The notes beneath the pieces are model-generated. The model did no database searches, had not been told where the DNA came from, and worked only from the letters and a program-made list of their open reading frames with translations. This document shows positions 52,283 to 64,000 of a DNA stretch of 64,000 nt, in pieces (the stretch's first letter is position 1; the number at the start of each line of letters is the position of its first letter). This stretch comes from an uncultured Clostridium sp. (GTDB lineage Bacteria > Bacillota > Clostridia > TANB77 > CAG-508), in NCBI GenBank assembly GCA_946565805.1, contig CAMNWO010000010.1, forward strand, positions 13,383 through 77,382, read 5' to 3'. Made by a program: the position numbers and the translations under genes.

Positions 52283-54412
52283 TTATGCTTCCTGCAACTT
52301 ATGTTTCCATATCCCATTTTTCCCTTTTGCCTCTACTGGACTTTCAAGAACCTCAAAATCTTTTATTATCCACCTATATTCTCCTGTTGACGTCCTTTTA
52401 CAATCTATCAAATTACATTTAGCAACAATTTGCCCCTCCTTAAAAAGATATAATCCTCCCCTATAATTAGTAGCATACTTTCTTAAAAAGAACTCTGTTT
52501 TTCTATCTAGTTCTATTGGTATCCTTACTACCTTTGCTTCTTGTCCTCCATATAGCACATCTGGTTTACATTTTTTTAAGTAACGAACTCTATTCTCTAC
52601 TGCTTGAACGGTACGATTTATATCTTTTGCTATCTCTTTCGTCTCTTTTATCGTATAATATTTAATTAAATAATTCTCTTCCTGTTGTTGCCATTTGTTA
52701 GATGCTTTCTTAAGTTTTAGTTCATTCGCTCGATGAACAATAGATGATGTTGTTCTATTTAATTGCTCAGCACACCATTTTACTTCCTTTTCCTTATAAT
52801 TTTTAATTAAAAATAAATCTTCTTCCCTCTTCCATCTATTGCTACGATATAATCCTAGCCTATGTGCTCTATTGCTACACGCATTTGGGCTTCTATGTAA
52901 ATATTTCGAAACCCACTTACTTCCTTTATCTGGATAATATTTTTCCAAATATAAATCTTCTTCCATTGTCCATTTAAAAAAACAGTATTCTGGCTTTTGA
53001 TTTTTTTGATATCCGTTATTTTTTCTGTATTTTGAAAAATGGATATAATGTTCTTTTACTAATTCATCCTCTATCTCACCGTAATAATCTTTATAAGAAA
53101 TAAAGGGATTGTACCAGTATTGGTAAGTTTTTAAATCCATTAAAAACCTGGTTACTAATTCTTCTAAATTATTTTGACTGTATTTAATGCGTAATAGTGG
53201 TATTTCATGAACAAAACAGAACTCATTTTTTATTTTATCATGCCTTTTTGTTCTTTCTAGTACCTTGTTAGCAGAAATAGTTTTGTCTTGGTATAAAGTG
53301 GTTGGAAAAAAGTGTTGCATTCCATCGTATTCTATTAACCCTATTAGTTTTTCTCTATTTTCATCTTGATAGATAGCAATATCAAATAATAACATCTTTT
53401 TATCCTTGCATTCTTTAAATCCCACTTCTGTTTTATAAATAACTTGTTTTTGTTCTAAAATACTCTTTATTTTTTCAATGGAAGAACTTTCTTGCTTTTG
53501 ATACCCTATCCCTAATCGATTGGCTTGATTGGTACAAGAACTTTCACTTCTATTCGGCAATAATTCTGCAACAAATTTTCCTATCACTGGATAATATTGT
53601 TTTAATATTTCTATTTCCTTTGGTTTCCAAGCCATTTCATCCTCAAATTTAATTTTTAATTTACTAGCTATACTTTTGCAAGATTGTCTTGGTCGGTTTA
53701 ATTGCTTTGCTACCCATATAGAACCTTTCTTAGGATAGTTTTCTTTTAAAAAATTTATCTCTTCTTTTGTCCAATATTTAGGATGTTTCAGTTTTAAAAT
53801 GGCTGCTCTAGAATGGCATGCTACAATACTTCTTCCTAAAGTTTTCGAAACATATTCTGCTCCCTTCAACGGATAATACTTTTTTATAAAATCTGTTTCT
53901 TCTTTTGTCCATTTATTATTATCATAATGTACACCTAAAACATAAGCTCTTGTGTAACAAGTTTGCTGACTTTTCCCCAGCAGTTTACTGACTTTTTTAG
54001 AACCATACTGTGGATAATATTTCTTAAGTATTTCATCTTCTTCTGGTGTCCAAAAAACCTCTCTTTTTATTTTTAAAATCCCTGCTCTATGAATGCAGGC
54101 TTTTTCTGTTCTCTTCAGTTGCCTTGCGCACCATGTAGCACCTTTTTTGGCATAATTGGTTTTTATTACTTCATCCTCTTCCTGTTTCCATCTATTTGCA
54201 TAATTTTTACTTCTGGTTATTATTTTTCCTTCTTTTTTTGATAGGTTATACATTTTGGTTCTACAGGCTGGAACGGTTCTTTTTAATTGAGAAGCAATGT
54301 CTTTTACATCAAGAATTTTATAGTTTTCAATTAATATCTTTTCTTCCTCTTTTGACCAGTTTGTATCTGCTGTTTCTGAATATTTCCTAGTTTTTCTAAT
54401 ATAGTTTCCCAT
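52283..54412 (-). CDS. 709-aa protein with ~9 SANT/Myb-like repeats flanking a central DUF559/Vsr-like PD-(D/E)xK endonuclease domain and a small C-terminal barrel-like domain
   Basis: Repeats of W[TK]xEE[DE]xxLxxxYxxxGxxxxxxxLxRxxxxCxxR every ~45 aa (6 before, 3 after the core). The core MLLFDIAIYQDENREKLIGLIEYDGMQHF...HDKIKNEFCFVHEIPLLRI matches DUF559 (VDF...IELDGxQH...D..R..L...G..vlRf). Confidence 0.6.
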   Translation of the reverse strand: MGNYIRKTRKYSETADTNWSKEEEKILIENYKILDVKDIASQLKRTVPACRTKMYNLSKKEGKIITRSKNYANRWKQEEDEVIKTNYAKKGATWCARQLKRTEKACIHRAGILKIKREVFWTPEEDEILKKYYPQYGSKKVSKLLGKSQQTCYTRAYVLGVHYDNNKWTKEETDFIKKYYPLKGAEYVSKTLGRSIVACHSRAAILKLKHPKYWTKEEINFLKENYPKKGSIWVAKQLNRPRQSCKSIASKLKIKFEDEMAWKPKEIEILKQYYPVIGKFVAELLPNRSESSCTNQANRLGIGYQKQESSSIEKIKSILEQKQVIYKTEVGFKECKDKKMLLFDIAIYQDENREKLIGLIEYDGMQHFFPTTLYQDKTISANKVLERTKRHDKIKNEFCFVHEIPLLRIKYSQNNLEELVTRFLMDLKTYQYWYNPFISYKDYYGEIEDELVKEHYIHFSKYRKNNGYQKNQKPEYCFFKWTMEEDLYLEKYYPDKGSKWVSKYLHRSPNACSNRAHRLGLYRSNRWKREEDLFLIKNYKEKEVKWCAEQLNRTTSSIVHRANELKLKKASNKWQQQEENYLIKYYTIKETKEIAKDINRTVQAVENRVRYLKKCKPDVLYGGQEAKVVRIPIELDRKTEFFLRKYATNYRGGLYLFKEGQIVAKCNLIDCKRTSTGEYRWIIKDFEVLESPVEAKGKNGIWKHKLQEA

Positions 54413-54501
54413 TTTTTTATTTTTTCTTTCTTTTTTAATTTATCTGTGTTATTATTATCATTGTAACTAAATACTTGGTTTCATTTAATAGGAGGTATCA
54501 C

Positions 54502-54795
54502 GTGAAACTAAACTATGCTGGATTATTACATACGCAAGAGTGTTGGTTGGAAAGTCAAGGGTTATCGCAACAGCAAAAAGATGGATTTATTGTTTTATCA
54601 AATTTATTAATTGCTCGGGCAAGAGAACATCATGGAGAACTAGATGATGTTGCACTTTACTATCCAGAAGACTTTCAGGATTTCGAAATCTTTACCGATT
54701 TTGCTTTTGCACTAAATGCTTATGTTGTGACAAGAGAAGGTCCTGGAGCCAAAATATGCGGATGGTATCTTAATCATGAAGTTGATGTGGAGTAA
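54502..54795 (+). CDS. Small hypothetical protein (GTG start after aggagg), G+C-atypical; paralogue of 37004..37387
   Basis: ALYYPEDF...YVVTREGPGAKICGW vs DVYYPHEL...VVFINGKPLGICPF in the other ORF; followed by two hairpin terminators (54796-54840, 54858-54895). Confidence 0.45.
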   Translation: MKLNYAGLLHTQECWLESQGLSQQQKDGFIVLSNLLIARAREHHGELDDVALYYPEDFQDFEIFTDFAFALNAYVVTREGPGAKICGWYLNHEVDVE

Positions 54796-55088
54796 TGATA
54801 CTCTAAACCAGCAAGTTTACTTCTTGCTGGTTATTTTTATGTTATATCTAAAAAATAAGCCGAGTTAAATCGGCTTATTAAAAACGTTTTATGGGGCCAT
54901 TAAGGAGGTTATTTGCGAAAAATATATCTATTTCTCATAGTGTTCCTCCCACATTTGCTCAAAAAAATAATTCGATTAATCAACTGATATATAAATTATA
55001 ACATAATAAAATTATTTTTCAATAGATGTTGCGTTTTAAACAAATGTTTGGTATGCTGTTTCTATAAAAAATACTAGGAGCTGATACC

Positions 55089-55784
55089 ATGAATGAAAAT
55101 GAAATCGAATTAAAAAATAATGCTATTATACATAAGGATAATTCATTGAATAGCCTAGATTTCTCTTTCCTTAGACATATAGAATTAAGTGAATATAAAA
55201 AAAGTGATTTATTAGCTTATTGGATTAATGACTTTGCCCAATATCATGATGAAGAAAAAACATTTAATATCGCAAAATCCGGAATATATTCTCGTGGTGA
55301 TGTTATTAAAGTGAATTTAGGTTTCAATATTGGAAATGAATTAGGTGGTCTACACTATTGTATTGTTCTAAATAAATATGACAATACAAAAAATGGGGCC
55401 TTAAATGTTATTCCTTTAACATCAAGAAAAGATGGAAAGAAATATGACTCTTCTTCTGTAAATCTTGGAAAGGAACTTTATAATGTTTTTCAAGATAAAA
55501 TTGAAAAAGAAAAACAAAAGTTACAGCAAATATTAGATGAATTAGAAAAGATAAAAGATGTACCTATTAACATTCAAAATATAATAGAAAAAGAACGAAA
55601 ATATATTGAAAAAATGGAACAAGAAATTTCTAAAATGGAAAAAGATAGCATTGCTTTAATCAATCAAATAACAACAGTTAGTAAACAAAGAATTTTCAAA
55701 GATACTGTAAGAAGAAATGTAAAAATATCTAGTGTATCACTTGATTTAATTGATAAACAAATTATAAAGTTTTTCACGAAATAA
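55089..55784 (+). CDS. Extended MazF/PemK-fold (CcdB/MazF superfamily) protein: ~65-aa N-terminal region, PemK-like barrel, ~100-aa C-terminal coiled coil; no adjacent antitoxin
   Basis: SRGDVIKVNLGFNIGNELGGLHYCIVL...NVIPLTS parallels MazF/EndoA (RGDVY.VDL.P..GSEQGG.RP.LVI...VIV.PLTS). RBS aggagc; terminator hairpin at 55806-55832. Confidence 0.5.
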   Translation: MNENEIELKNNAIIHKDNSLNSLDFSFLRHIELSEYKKSDLLAYWINDFAQYHDEEKTFNIAKSGIYSRGDVIKVNLGFNIGNELGGLHYCIVLNKYDNTKNGALNVIPLTSRKDGKKYDSSSVNLGKELYNVFQDKIEKEKQKLQQILDELEKIKDVPINIQNIIEKERKYIEKMEQEISKMEKDSIALINQITTVSKQRIFKDTVRRNVKISSVSLDLIDKQIIKFFTK

Positions 55785-56001
55785 CAATATATAGCTTAAA
55801 AAGGAGAGTTGCTTTAAACTCTCCAAAATCATTTAGGCTCCCGTCTTACTACAAAAGTAGTAGAGGGTTAAGTTAAATATATTTAAACACATAATATTTA
55901 ACTTGTCAAACTAAATCTGACATTAATATTATATGATTGTTTGTTAAAATTATACATTTTATCTATGTTTATTTAACTATAATATTCTTTTATTTTTTCA
56001 T

Positions 56002-56625
56002 CTATTTCCTTATCTGAAGTTTTAATATTTCATTGTATTTTGTTGGATTTTTTAAAATTTTTATTATGGTTTCCTTTCCAAATGTCTCTACTATATATCT
56101 TGTAATAAAGTAACAATCACTAAAATTAAAATATCCTTCTTCTTTTAATTTTATTATACTTGGTTTACTATTCGTTTTTGTTTCTGTATTTAATCCATTA
56201 ATATATGTAGTAATATCAAGCCATTTAGGCACATCTTTAAAATTATTCTTTAATATTATATCAGCTACGGATTTACTTATTACTTCTAATATTACTTTAT
56301 AATTATGCACATTTCCTGGATTTAATGGTGATACTACTTTTATACCATATTCTCCATTCTCACAAGATACAAGCCATTCTTCCTTTTTTTCTCCAAAAAC
56401 ATCTAAATGTAATTCTTCTATACTATCAAATACATCTATTATTATTTCTTTATCATATCCTTGAATTTCAAAATATTCTAGTGTTTTATTCTTTCCTTCT
56501 AATACACTTTTTTCTATATCTAGGATAGTTTTTTCATCTAATTCATTATAGTATATCTTCATATTTTTACTGCTATATAATTTTTTATCCATTATATTTC
56601 CCCAAAATTCATTAATTTTTGCCAT
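56002..56625 (-). CDS. Hypothetical protein (start at MAKINEF, RBS aaggag)
   Basis: ORF only; no motif recognised. Confidence 0.4.
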   Translation of the reverse strand: MAKINEFWGNIMDKKLYSSKNMKIYYNELDEKTILDIEKSVLEGKNKTLEYFEIQGYDKEIIIDVFDSIEELHLDVFGEKKEEWLVSCENGEYGIKVVSPLNPGNVHNYKVILEVISKSVADIILKNNFKDVPKWLDITTYINGLNTETKTNSKPSIIKLKEEGYFNFSDCYFITRYIVETFGKETIIKILKNPTKYNEILKLQIRK

Positions 56626-57002
56626 AATAACCACTCCTTTTTAATCATATCAATTATAATTATAACATATTTTACATAAATTTATAAGTTTCACAAAATT
56701 TATCAAGTTTTATAGCATTCAAACTGCAAGCCCCTTCAATTTTAGAGAGCACTTCTCTTTTAATCTTGTTTTTCTTCTTAAGCGTACTAATCAACCACAC
56801 CATCCTTCCTTTTTCAAGATAAAGGAGACAAAAAACGGGCTAACAAATTCTAAAAAGCAAAGCTTTAAGAATTTGTAATGTTCGCATAACTATTTTGTAC
56901 AAAGCTTTTCTCCTTACAGTCAAAAATTTCTACAAAATAGAAAAAATCAACCTTTACAGTTGATTTATCAATATTTTCGTCTGGTGCGACGATTTTACTT
57001 AA

Positions 57003-57078
57003 TGGAGCCAATAGGCAGAATCGAACTGCCGACCTACAGGTTACGAATCTGTTGCTCTACCAACTGAGCTATATTGGC
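57003..57078 (-). tRNA. tRNA-Thr (anticodon CGU), CCA encoded
   Basis: Cloverleaf read directly: acceptor gccaata/tattggc, D-arm gctc-agttggta-gagc, anticodon loop ttCGTaa, T-arm ggcag-ttcgatt-ctgcc. Confidence 0.85.
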
Positions 57079-57116
57079 ATAACCAAAAAATATCTTACAC
57101 CATTTTTGCCCATTTG

Positions 57117-57299
57117 TCAATCTAAAATTTCATCGTTTTTATAACACTCTCTACTATCCATAAGCCCTAGCATATACACCTTATGAGCACACCTTTTATG
57201 TGTACAAATTTGTTCCATTTCCTCTTCTGTAAATAACTCTTTATTTTCTTCCATTCTATCTTGAAAAAAACTTTCTAATGTTATATTTTGCATATCCAA
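57117..57299 (-). CDS. Hypothetical small protein
   Basis: 60-aa ORF in accessory stretch. Confidence 0.3.
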   Translation of the reverse strand: MDMQNITLESFFQDRMEENKELFTEEEMEQICTHKRCAHKVYMLGLMDSRECYKNDEILD

Positions 57300-57429
57300 A
57301 ACCCTCTTTCGTATAAAAAATATTATACTATATCAAAAAAATAAAAACAAAACCCGTTTTCGACAAAAAAATCCGTAATGCCTTGCAAACACTACGAATT
57401 TTTTTCTAAAATTTTTTTATTTATTTTAT

Positions 57430-57780
57430 CTAATAAGAAAGCTTCGATAAAATTCTATTTCTTAAATCATGCCATGAATTTCCACTCATATACTTTAGGC
57501 ACTCTGAATTCAACAAATTATTTTCCTTAGCATAACGGTTCCATTCTTTAATAGTAGGAAACTTCATAAAATCTCTTGTAATTTGTTTTAAACACTTTAT
57601 AGATTCTCTATATTTTATACGCATGATATTATCTTCACTATATTGCTTTTCATTTTTATAATAGGAATTAATTAGTTTATTGTATCTTTTGCTTATTTTC
57701 TCAGTCTGTTCTGAATGTAATCCACTCGTTTCTATTGCTTCATGCAACTTTTTTCTCAATTTTTCAAAATCATTTATCAT
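57430..57780 (-). CDS. Hypothetical phage/ICE-like small protein
   Basis: 116-aa ORF, basic, no motif. Confidence 0.35.
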   Translation of the reverse strand: MINDFEKLRKKLHEAIETSGLHSEQTEKISKRYNKLINSYYKNEKQYSEDNIMRIKYRESIKCLKQITRDFMKFPTIKEWNRYAKENNLLNSECLKYMSGNSWHDLRNRILSKLSY

Positions 57781-57859
57781 TGGTATCTCCTTTTATTCTA
57801 TTTACCATATTATCTCAAAAAATACTACACAGTGTAACTGTCATTCTTTGTCGTTTTTG

Positions 57860-58081
57860 CTAGCATCCGTTCGAAAAATAAAATCGCTTAAATCTAACCA
57901 TTTTCCCCTCTTTGTTTTTTCTTTTCTCCCATCTTGTTTTAAAACCATATCCCTCTTGTTTTAATTCTTTCACTCTAGTAGCAAATTGTGTAATTCCTAA
58001 ACTCTCATAAGCTTCCCAACTTGTTATGCTTCCAAATTTTAGCATATACTTTACTATTTTTTGTCTTTGTGTAATTTTCAT
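57860..58081 (-). CDS. Small winged-helix DNA-binding protein (phage Cro/excisionase-like); start at MKITQRQ with RBS aggagg
   Basis: ITSWEAYESLGITQFATRVKELKQEGYGF...GKMVRFKRFYF resembles phage-type HTH domains; divergent from the XRE repressor gene. Confidence 0.5.
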   Translation of the reverse strand: MKITQRQKIVKYMLKFGSITSWEAYESLGITQFATRVKELKQEGYGFKTRWEKRKNKEGKMVRFKRFYFSNGC

Positions 58082-58105
58082 ACTTTTTCCTCCTTTGTTC
58101 TCCAC

Positions 58106-58162
58106 TTTATCGTACTTTTTGTTCGTTTTGTTGTTTTTAGTTTATCGTACTTATTGTTCGTT
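58106..58162. promoter_or_regulatory. Two 22-bp direct repeats (tttatcgtactt[t/a]ttgttcgtt) in the divergent intergenic region; candidate operator of the XRE/Cro-like switch
   Basis: Repeats at 58106-58127 and 58141-58162 differing at one base, between divergently transcribed regulator genes. Confidence 0.5.
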
Positions 58163-58309
58163 GTCAATAGTTTTTATTGATTTTTCCTTTGATTTATTCC
58201 TAATCTCTTGTGTTTCTAGTAAACTATTTTTTTCGTTTCATAAAATTTGCACTTTACTAATCGAACTATTTGTTATATAATTCAAGTATCATGAAAAAGG
58301 AGATTTATT

Positions 58310-58634
58310 ATGAATAAAATAAAAGAATTGCGAAATGAGAAAGGTTTGTTACAATCAGACGTTGCTAACTATATTGGAAAGTCAGAAAGAATGGTTGGAT
58401 TCTATGAAAAAGGGGAACGTGACCCTAATACTGATACTTTAATCAAACTATCTGAATTGTTTGATGTGTCAATTGATTATCTTTTAGGCAAGTCTTCTAT
58501 TAGAAATTCTAAAAAAATAAATCTAGATGATATTGATATCGCCTTTGCAAGTGGTATCAAAGGCCTTAATAAAGAAAATCAAGAAACATTAAAAAATATA
58601 ATGGAAGGATTACTTGCAAAACAAGAATTAGAAG

Positions 58635-58648
<14 letters not shown>
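58310..58648 (+). CDS. XRE-family HTH transcriptional repressor (ImmR/CI-like)
   Basis: LLQSDVANYIGKSERMVGFYEKGERDPNTDTLIKLSELFDVSIDYLLG is a canonical HTH_XRE. Confidence 0.85.
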
Positions 58649-60806
<2,158 letters not shown>

Positions 60807-60815
60807 CTTATTTTT

Positions 60816-61109
<294 letters not shown>

Positions 61110-61123
61110 TTAAAGTTTTTGTT

Positions 61124-61150
61124 TTAGCACTCTTACTAATCGACTGCTAA
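61124..61150. promoter_or_regulatory. CIRCE operator (HrcA box) ttagcactc-N9-gactgctaa
   Basis: Matches TTAGCACTC-N9-GAGTGCTAA with one mismatch, immediately upstream of groES. Confidence 0.8.
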
Positions 61151-61151
61151 T

Positions 61152-61190
61152 ACTTTATACCCTTTTCCTTTTCTTGTCAATACCTTTTTT
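61152..61190 (-). promoter_or_regulatory. SigA-type promoter of groESL (-35 ttgaca, 17-nt spacer, -10 taaagt) directly abutting CIRCE
   Basis: Read on the minus strand: ttgacaagaaaaggaaaagggtataaagt. Confidence 0.5.
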
Positions 61191-61287
61191 TGTTTTTTCA
61201 CACAATGTTCACATTTATTATATTCTTCACTTGACTGCTCTATGACTTTTTCTTGCATTTTCCTTCGAAACAAGCTATAATATTTTT

Positions 61288-62169
61288 ATGAAAAAGTTAA
61301 TTGTAAGTAATAAATATAATGGAAAAAAATTAAATAAATTTTTGTTAGAAAATATACCAAATCTCTCTTCTAATCTTTTTTATAAAACATTAAGAAAAAA
61401 AGATATTAAGATTAATGGCAAACGAGTTTCTGAAAATGTTCTAGTTTATGAAAAAGATGAAGTTTTAGTCTATATTGCAGATGCTTTATTGCAACCTATC
61501 TTTGAGTTGGATATTTTTTTCGAAGATGAAAATATTTTAATTTTAAATAAGCCTGTTAATTTAGAAGTGACTGGCGAAAACAGTTTAACAACTTATGTTC
61601 ACAAAAGATATGAAAATAGTAATTTCAAACCTATGCCTTGTCACCGTCTTGACCGAAATACAACAGGTCTTGTTTTGTTTGCTAAAAACCAAGAAGCTTT
61701 GAATATTCTTCTTAAAAAATTTAAATACCATGAAATTGAAAAGCATTACTTAGCACTTGTTTCTGGTATTCCTAAAAATACTTTTAAAAGATGTGAAGCT
61801 TATTTATTCAAAGATAATAAAAAGTCTTGTGTTTATATTGCTGATTGTTTCAAAAAAGGTTATCAAAAGATTATTACGACCTATCGTATTTTAGAAAAGT
61901 ATCCTAACAATACTTCTCTTTTAGATGTGGAAATTGAAACAGGAAAAACACATCAAATTAGAGCTCATTTAGCCTATTTGGGATATCCCATTATTGGTGA
62001 CGGAAAGTATGGTATCAACGAAGTTAATAAAAAGTTTAGCAAAAAGTATCAAATGCTTTGTAGCTATGTTTTGAAGTTTGATTTTAAGACAGATAGTGGA
62101 ATTTTAAATTATTTAAATAGAAAAAGTTTTATCTTGGAAAAAAGTACTAGCTTTCTTGACTTTATGTAA
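61288..62169 (+). CDS. RluA-family 23S rRNA/tRNA pseudouridine synthase with N-terminal S4 domain
   Basis: HRLDRNTTGLVLFAKNQEA (catalytic Asp), HQIRAHLAYLGYPIIGDGKYG. Confidence 0.85.
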   Translation: MKKLIVSNKYNGKKLNKFLLENIPNLSSNLFYKTLRKKDIKINGKRVSENVLVYEKDEVLVYIADALLQPIFELDIFFEDENILILNKPVNLEVTGENSLTTYVHKRYENSNFKPMPCHRLDRNTTGLVLFAKNQEALNILLKKFKYHEIEKHYLALVSGIPKNTFKRCEAYLFKDNKKSCVYIADCFKKGYQKIITTYRILEKYPNNTSLLDVEIETGKTHQIRAHLAYLGYPIIGDGKYGINEVNKKFSKKYQMLCSYVLKFDFKTDSGILNYLNRKSFILEKSTSFLDFM

Positions 62170-62233
62170 ATTCTACGGTATAATATCTTTATTGAGTTTA
62201 CTCATAAATATTTTAATCTAAGGAGGTTTTACA

Positions 62234-63187
62234 ATGAAACGGAATGTGCAAAGTTTAAGTATTTGCGTACCAGGAAAACAATGTATCAACAGGTGTAAGT
62301 TCTGTGTGTCTTGTATGCATACAGATATTTACAAAAATCAAATGGACGAAAATCTCCCCTTTTATGATCTTTATTTCGAAGATTATGTAAAAAGGTTGAT
62401 TTTTGCCAAAGAAAATGATGCTAACATCATGATGATAACAGGAGATATTGAACCTCTCCAAAATCGAAGCTTTTTACAAACCTTGTCACTTATTAATAAA
62501 TATGTTTTGCCACATAGCGGTTGTAGTGCCTTTAACTGGATTGAAATTCAGACTTCTGCAGTTGGGTTTGATCAGTCTTATGCACGTTTCTTGCGAAATA
62601 CCGTTGGTGTAAGCGTATTTTCATTTTCCTTATCCAGTTTTGACAATCGAAAAAATGCTGAAATTGTGAATATGCCAAAGAATAAACGGGTAAATATAAA
62701 AAAAGTATGCTCTATGGCAAAAGAATATGATTTTACCCTTCGGCTTAGTCTTAACATGAGCAAAGAAATGTTAAGAAGTGTCGGCGTTACTGTTAACGAC
62801 AATGCTGCTTACTTTACTAAAGCAAATAATTATCATTTAGCTATTCAAAACATATTCCAGAAAGCACAAGAGTTCGGTGCTGATCAGCTAACATTTCGCA
62901 AGCTCTATACCAGCGGTGTTAATGAACAAAGTAATTTGATATTGGAAAACGGCTTGGGTTCTGGTCTCTTTTTTACAGTGTTACATTCTTATGTAAAAAG
63001 TCATGGTAAACTAATTGGTATTTTACCATATGGCTATGAGCAATATTCTGTGAACGGAATTTCTGTTGTAATTGATGAAGATTGTATGAATGAAGAAAAG
63101 GTAGATAAAGAAGCTTCGAAATACTTTGTTTTACGACCCGATTGTAAACTCTATAATGGCTGGAATAAAGAAGATATTATATTTTAG
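62234..63187 (+). CDS. Radical SAM domain protein of unknown specificity
   Basis: CINRCKFC (CxxxCxxC) at residues ~17-24, 317 aa; RBS aaggagg. Confidence 0.5.
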   Translation: MKRNVQSLSICVPGKQCINRCKFCVSCMHTDIYKNQMDENLPFYDLYFEDYVKRLIFAKENDANIMMITGDIEPLQNRSFLQTLSLINKYVLPHSGCSAFNWIEIQTSAVGFDQSYARFLRNTVGVSVFSFSLSSFDNRKNAEIVNMPKNKRVNIKKVCSMAKEYDFTLRLSLNMSKEMLRSVGVTVNDNAAYFTKANNYHLAIQNIFQKAQEFGADQLTFRKLYTSGVNEQSNLILENGLGSGLFFTVLHSYVKSHGKLIGILPYGYEQYSVNGISVVIDEDCMNEEKVDKEASKYFVLRPDCKLYNGWNKEDIIF

Positions 63188-63202
63188 CCATGTGACAAAG
63201 AA

Positions 63203-63227
63203 AAGACCTCTTTTTGAGGTCTTTTTT
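63203..63227 (+). terminator. Hairpin terminator aagacctc-ttttt-gaggtctt + T-run
   Basis: Perfect 8-bp stem followed by tttttt. Confidence 0.6.
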
Positions 63228-63349
63228 AACAATTATTGATGTATTATAGCATTTTTTTAATATTTATAGTATAATTCCAATATAAAGTTGTTGCAATATT
63301 ATTAATAAAAAGCAATGCAAGTATTTTATTACAAAAAGGAGGATAATAT

Positions 63350-63766
63350 ATGAGATTATTTAGGATACAAAAAATAATATCAATTATATGTAGCATATTA
63401 GGATTTATTTTATCGTTATATGGTTTAATATTTGGCTTGCAAAGTATTAGCGCTGATGGTTTGGGACAATTGGGAATTATTCTCATAATGCCTTCTATTT
63501 TTGCATTAATTATCATTGTATTAGATTTTTTAATAACAATTGATAAAATAAAACGAGGATTAATATACTCCTGTATTAGTAGTCTAATTAAGATAGGAAT
63601 TATAGCATGTTTTGTTCCAAGTATCATCTATGATTATAAATACGAAATACAATATGGTATATCAAACTTAAGCTTTGATTTGATTTTAATTGTTTCACTA
63701 GCAATAGTTACAATTCCGTCTATCCTAAACATAATTAAATTAATTACTTTTAGAAAAAAACAGTAA
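63350..63766 (+). CDS. Hypothetical small polytopic membrane protein
   Basis: Strong RBS aaaggagg; four hydrophobic helices; the overlapping minus-strand ORF 63244..63627 is rejected. Confidence 0.5.
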   Translation: MRLFRIQKIISIICSILGFILSLYGLIFGLQSISADGLGQLGIILIMPSIFALIIIVLDFLITIDKIKRGLIYSCISSLIKIGIIACFVPSIIYDYKYEIQYGISNLSFDLILIVSLAIVTIPSILNIIKLITFRKKQ

Positions 63767-63850
63767 GTGATTACAGTTGCTCTCATACTTAATAAAATAT
63801 AAAAAAATGACAACTTACAAACCTTATTTAGTCTGTAAGTTGTCTTTAAA

Positions 63851-63924
<74 letters not shown>

Positions 63925-63951
63925 ATATAAAGTTATAATTGTCAGAAGTTT

Positions 63952-64000
<49 letters not shown>

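Noticed and set aside
56635-57002. Possible ncRNA or missed small gene in the 370-nt ORF-free stretch before tRNA-Thr
   Set aside because: No conserved ncRNA motif recognised (no tmRNA, RNase P, SRP or riboswitch signatures). There are only scattered short hairpins, so it is most likely degenerate island or att-site remnant.
63244-63627. Minus-strand 127-aa ORF
   Set aside because: Overlaps the plus-strand 63350-63766 gene, which has a strong RBS (aaaggagg). Its translation is low-complexity antisense.

Overview
Low-G+C, Firmicutes/Clostridia-like chromosomal segment; coding is almost entirely on the minus strand.

- ~16..16410: one long Wzy-dependent cell-wall/capsular polysaccharide operon. 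It carries a PglF/CapD-like 4,6-dehydratase, a DegT aminotransferase, a PglC-like initiating transferase, a WecD-like GNAT, three glycosyltransferases, Wzy, Wzx, WecC and WecB. An LCP ligase sits upstream and a dockerin-bearing beta-helix protein downstream.
- Then: argS, a HepT/MntA toxin-antitoxin pair, galE, cysS, a class A PBP, an unknown gene, and a pilin-like/FGE-domain protein.
- Then the truB-nrnA-rbfA-infB-ylxQ-ylxR-nusA-rimP operon, a processive GT2 synthase, asd, recN, a PemK-like ORF, hemW, whiA, prmC, cdd, ftsH, alr, femAB and a PHP phosphatase.
- An accessory island around tRNA-Thr holds a SANT/Myb-repeat DUF559 nuclease, an extended MazF-fold protein and an ImmR/ImmA-like remnant.
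- The window ends with groESL (with CIRCE), an RluA-family synthase, a radical-SAM protein and tandem tRNA-Gly.

Two families of long, structured intergenic palindromic repeats occupy operon spacers, including the groES-groEL spacer. Six genes are frameshifted. Five of them carry the same lesion, a single extra C immediately 5' of GG; the sixth is a T8 homopolymer.
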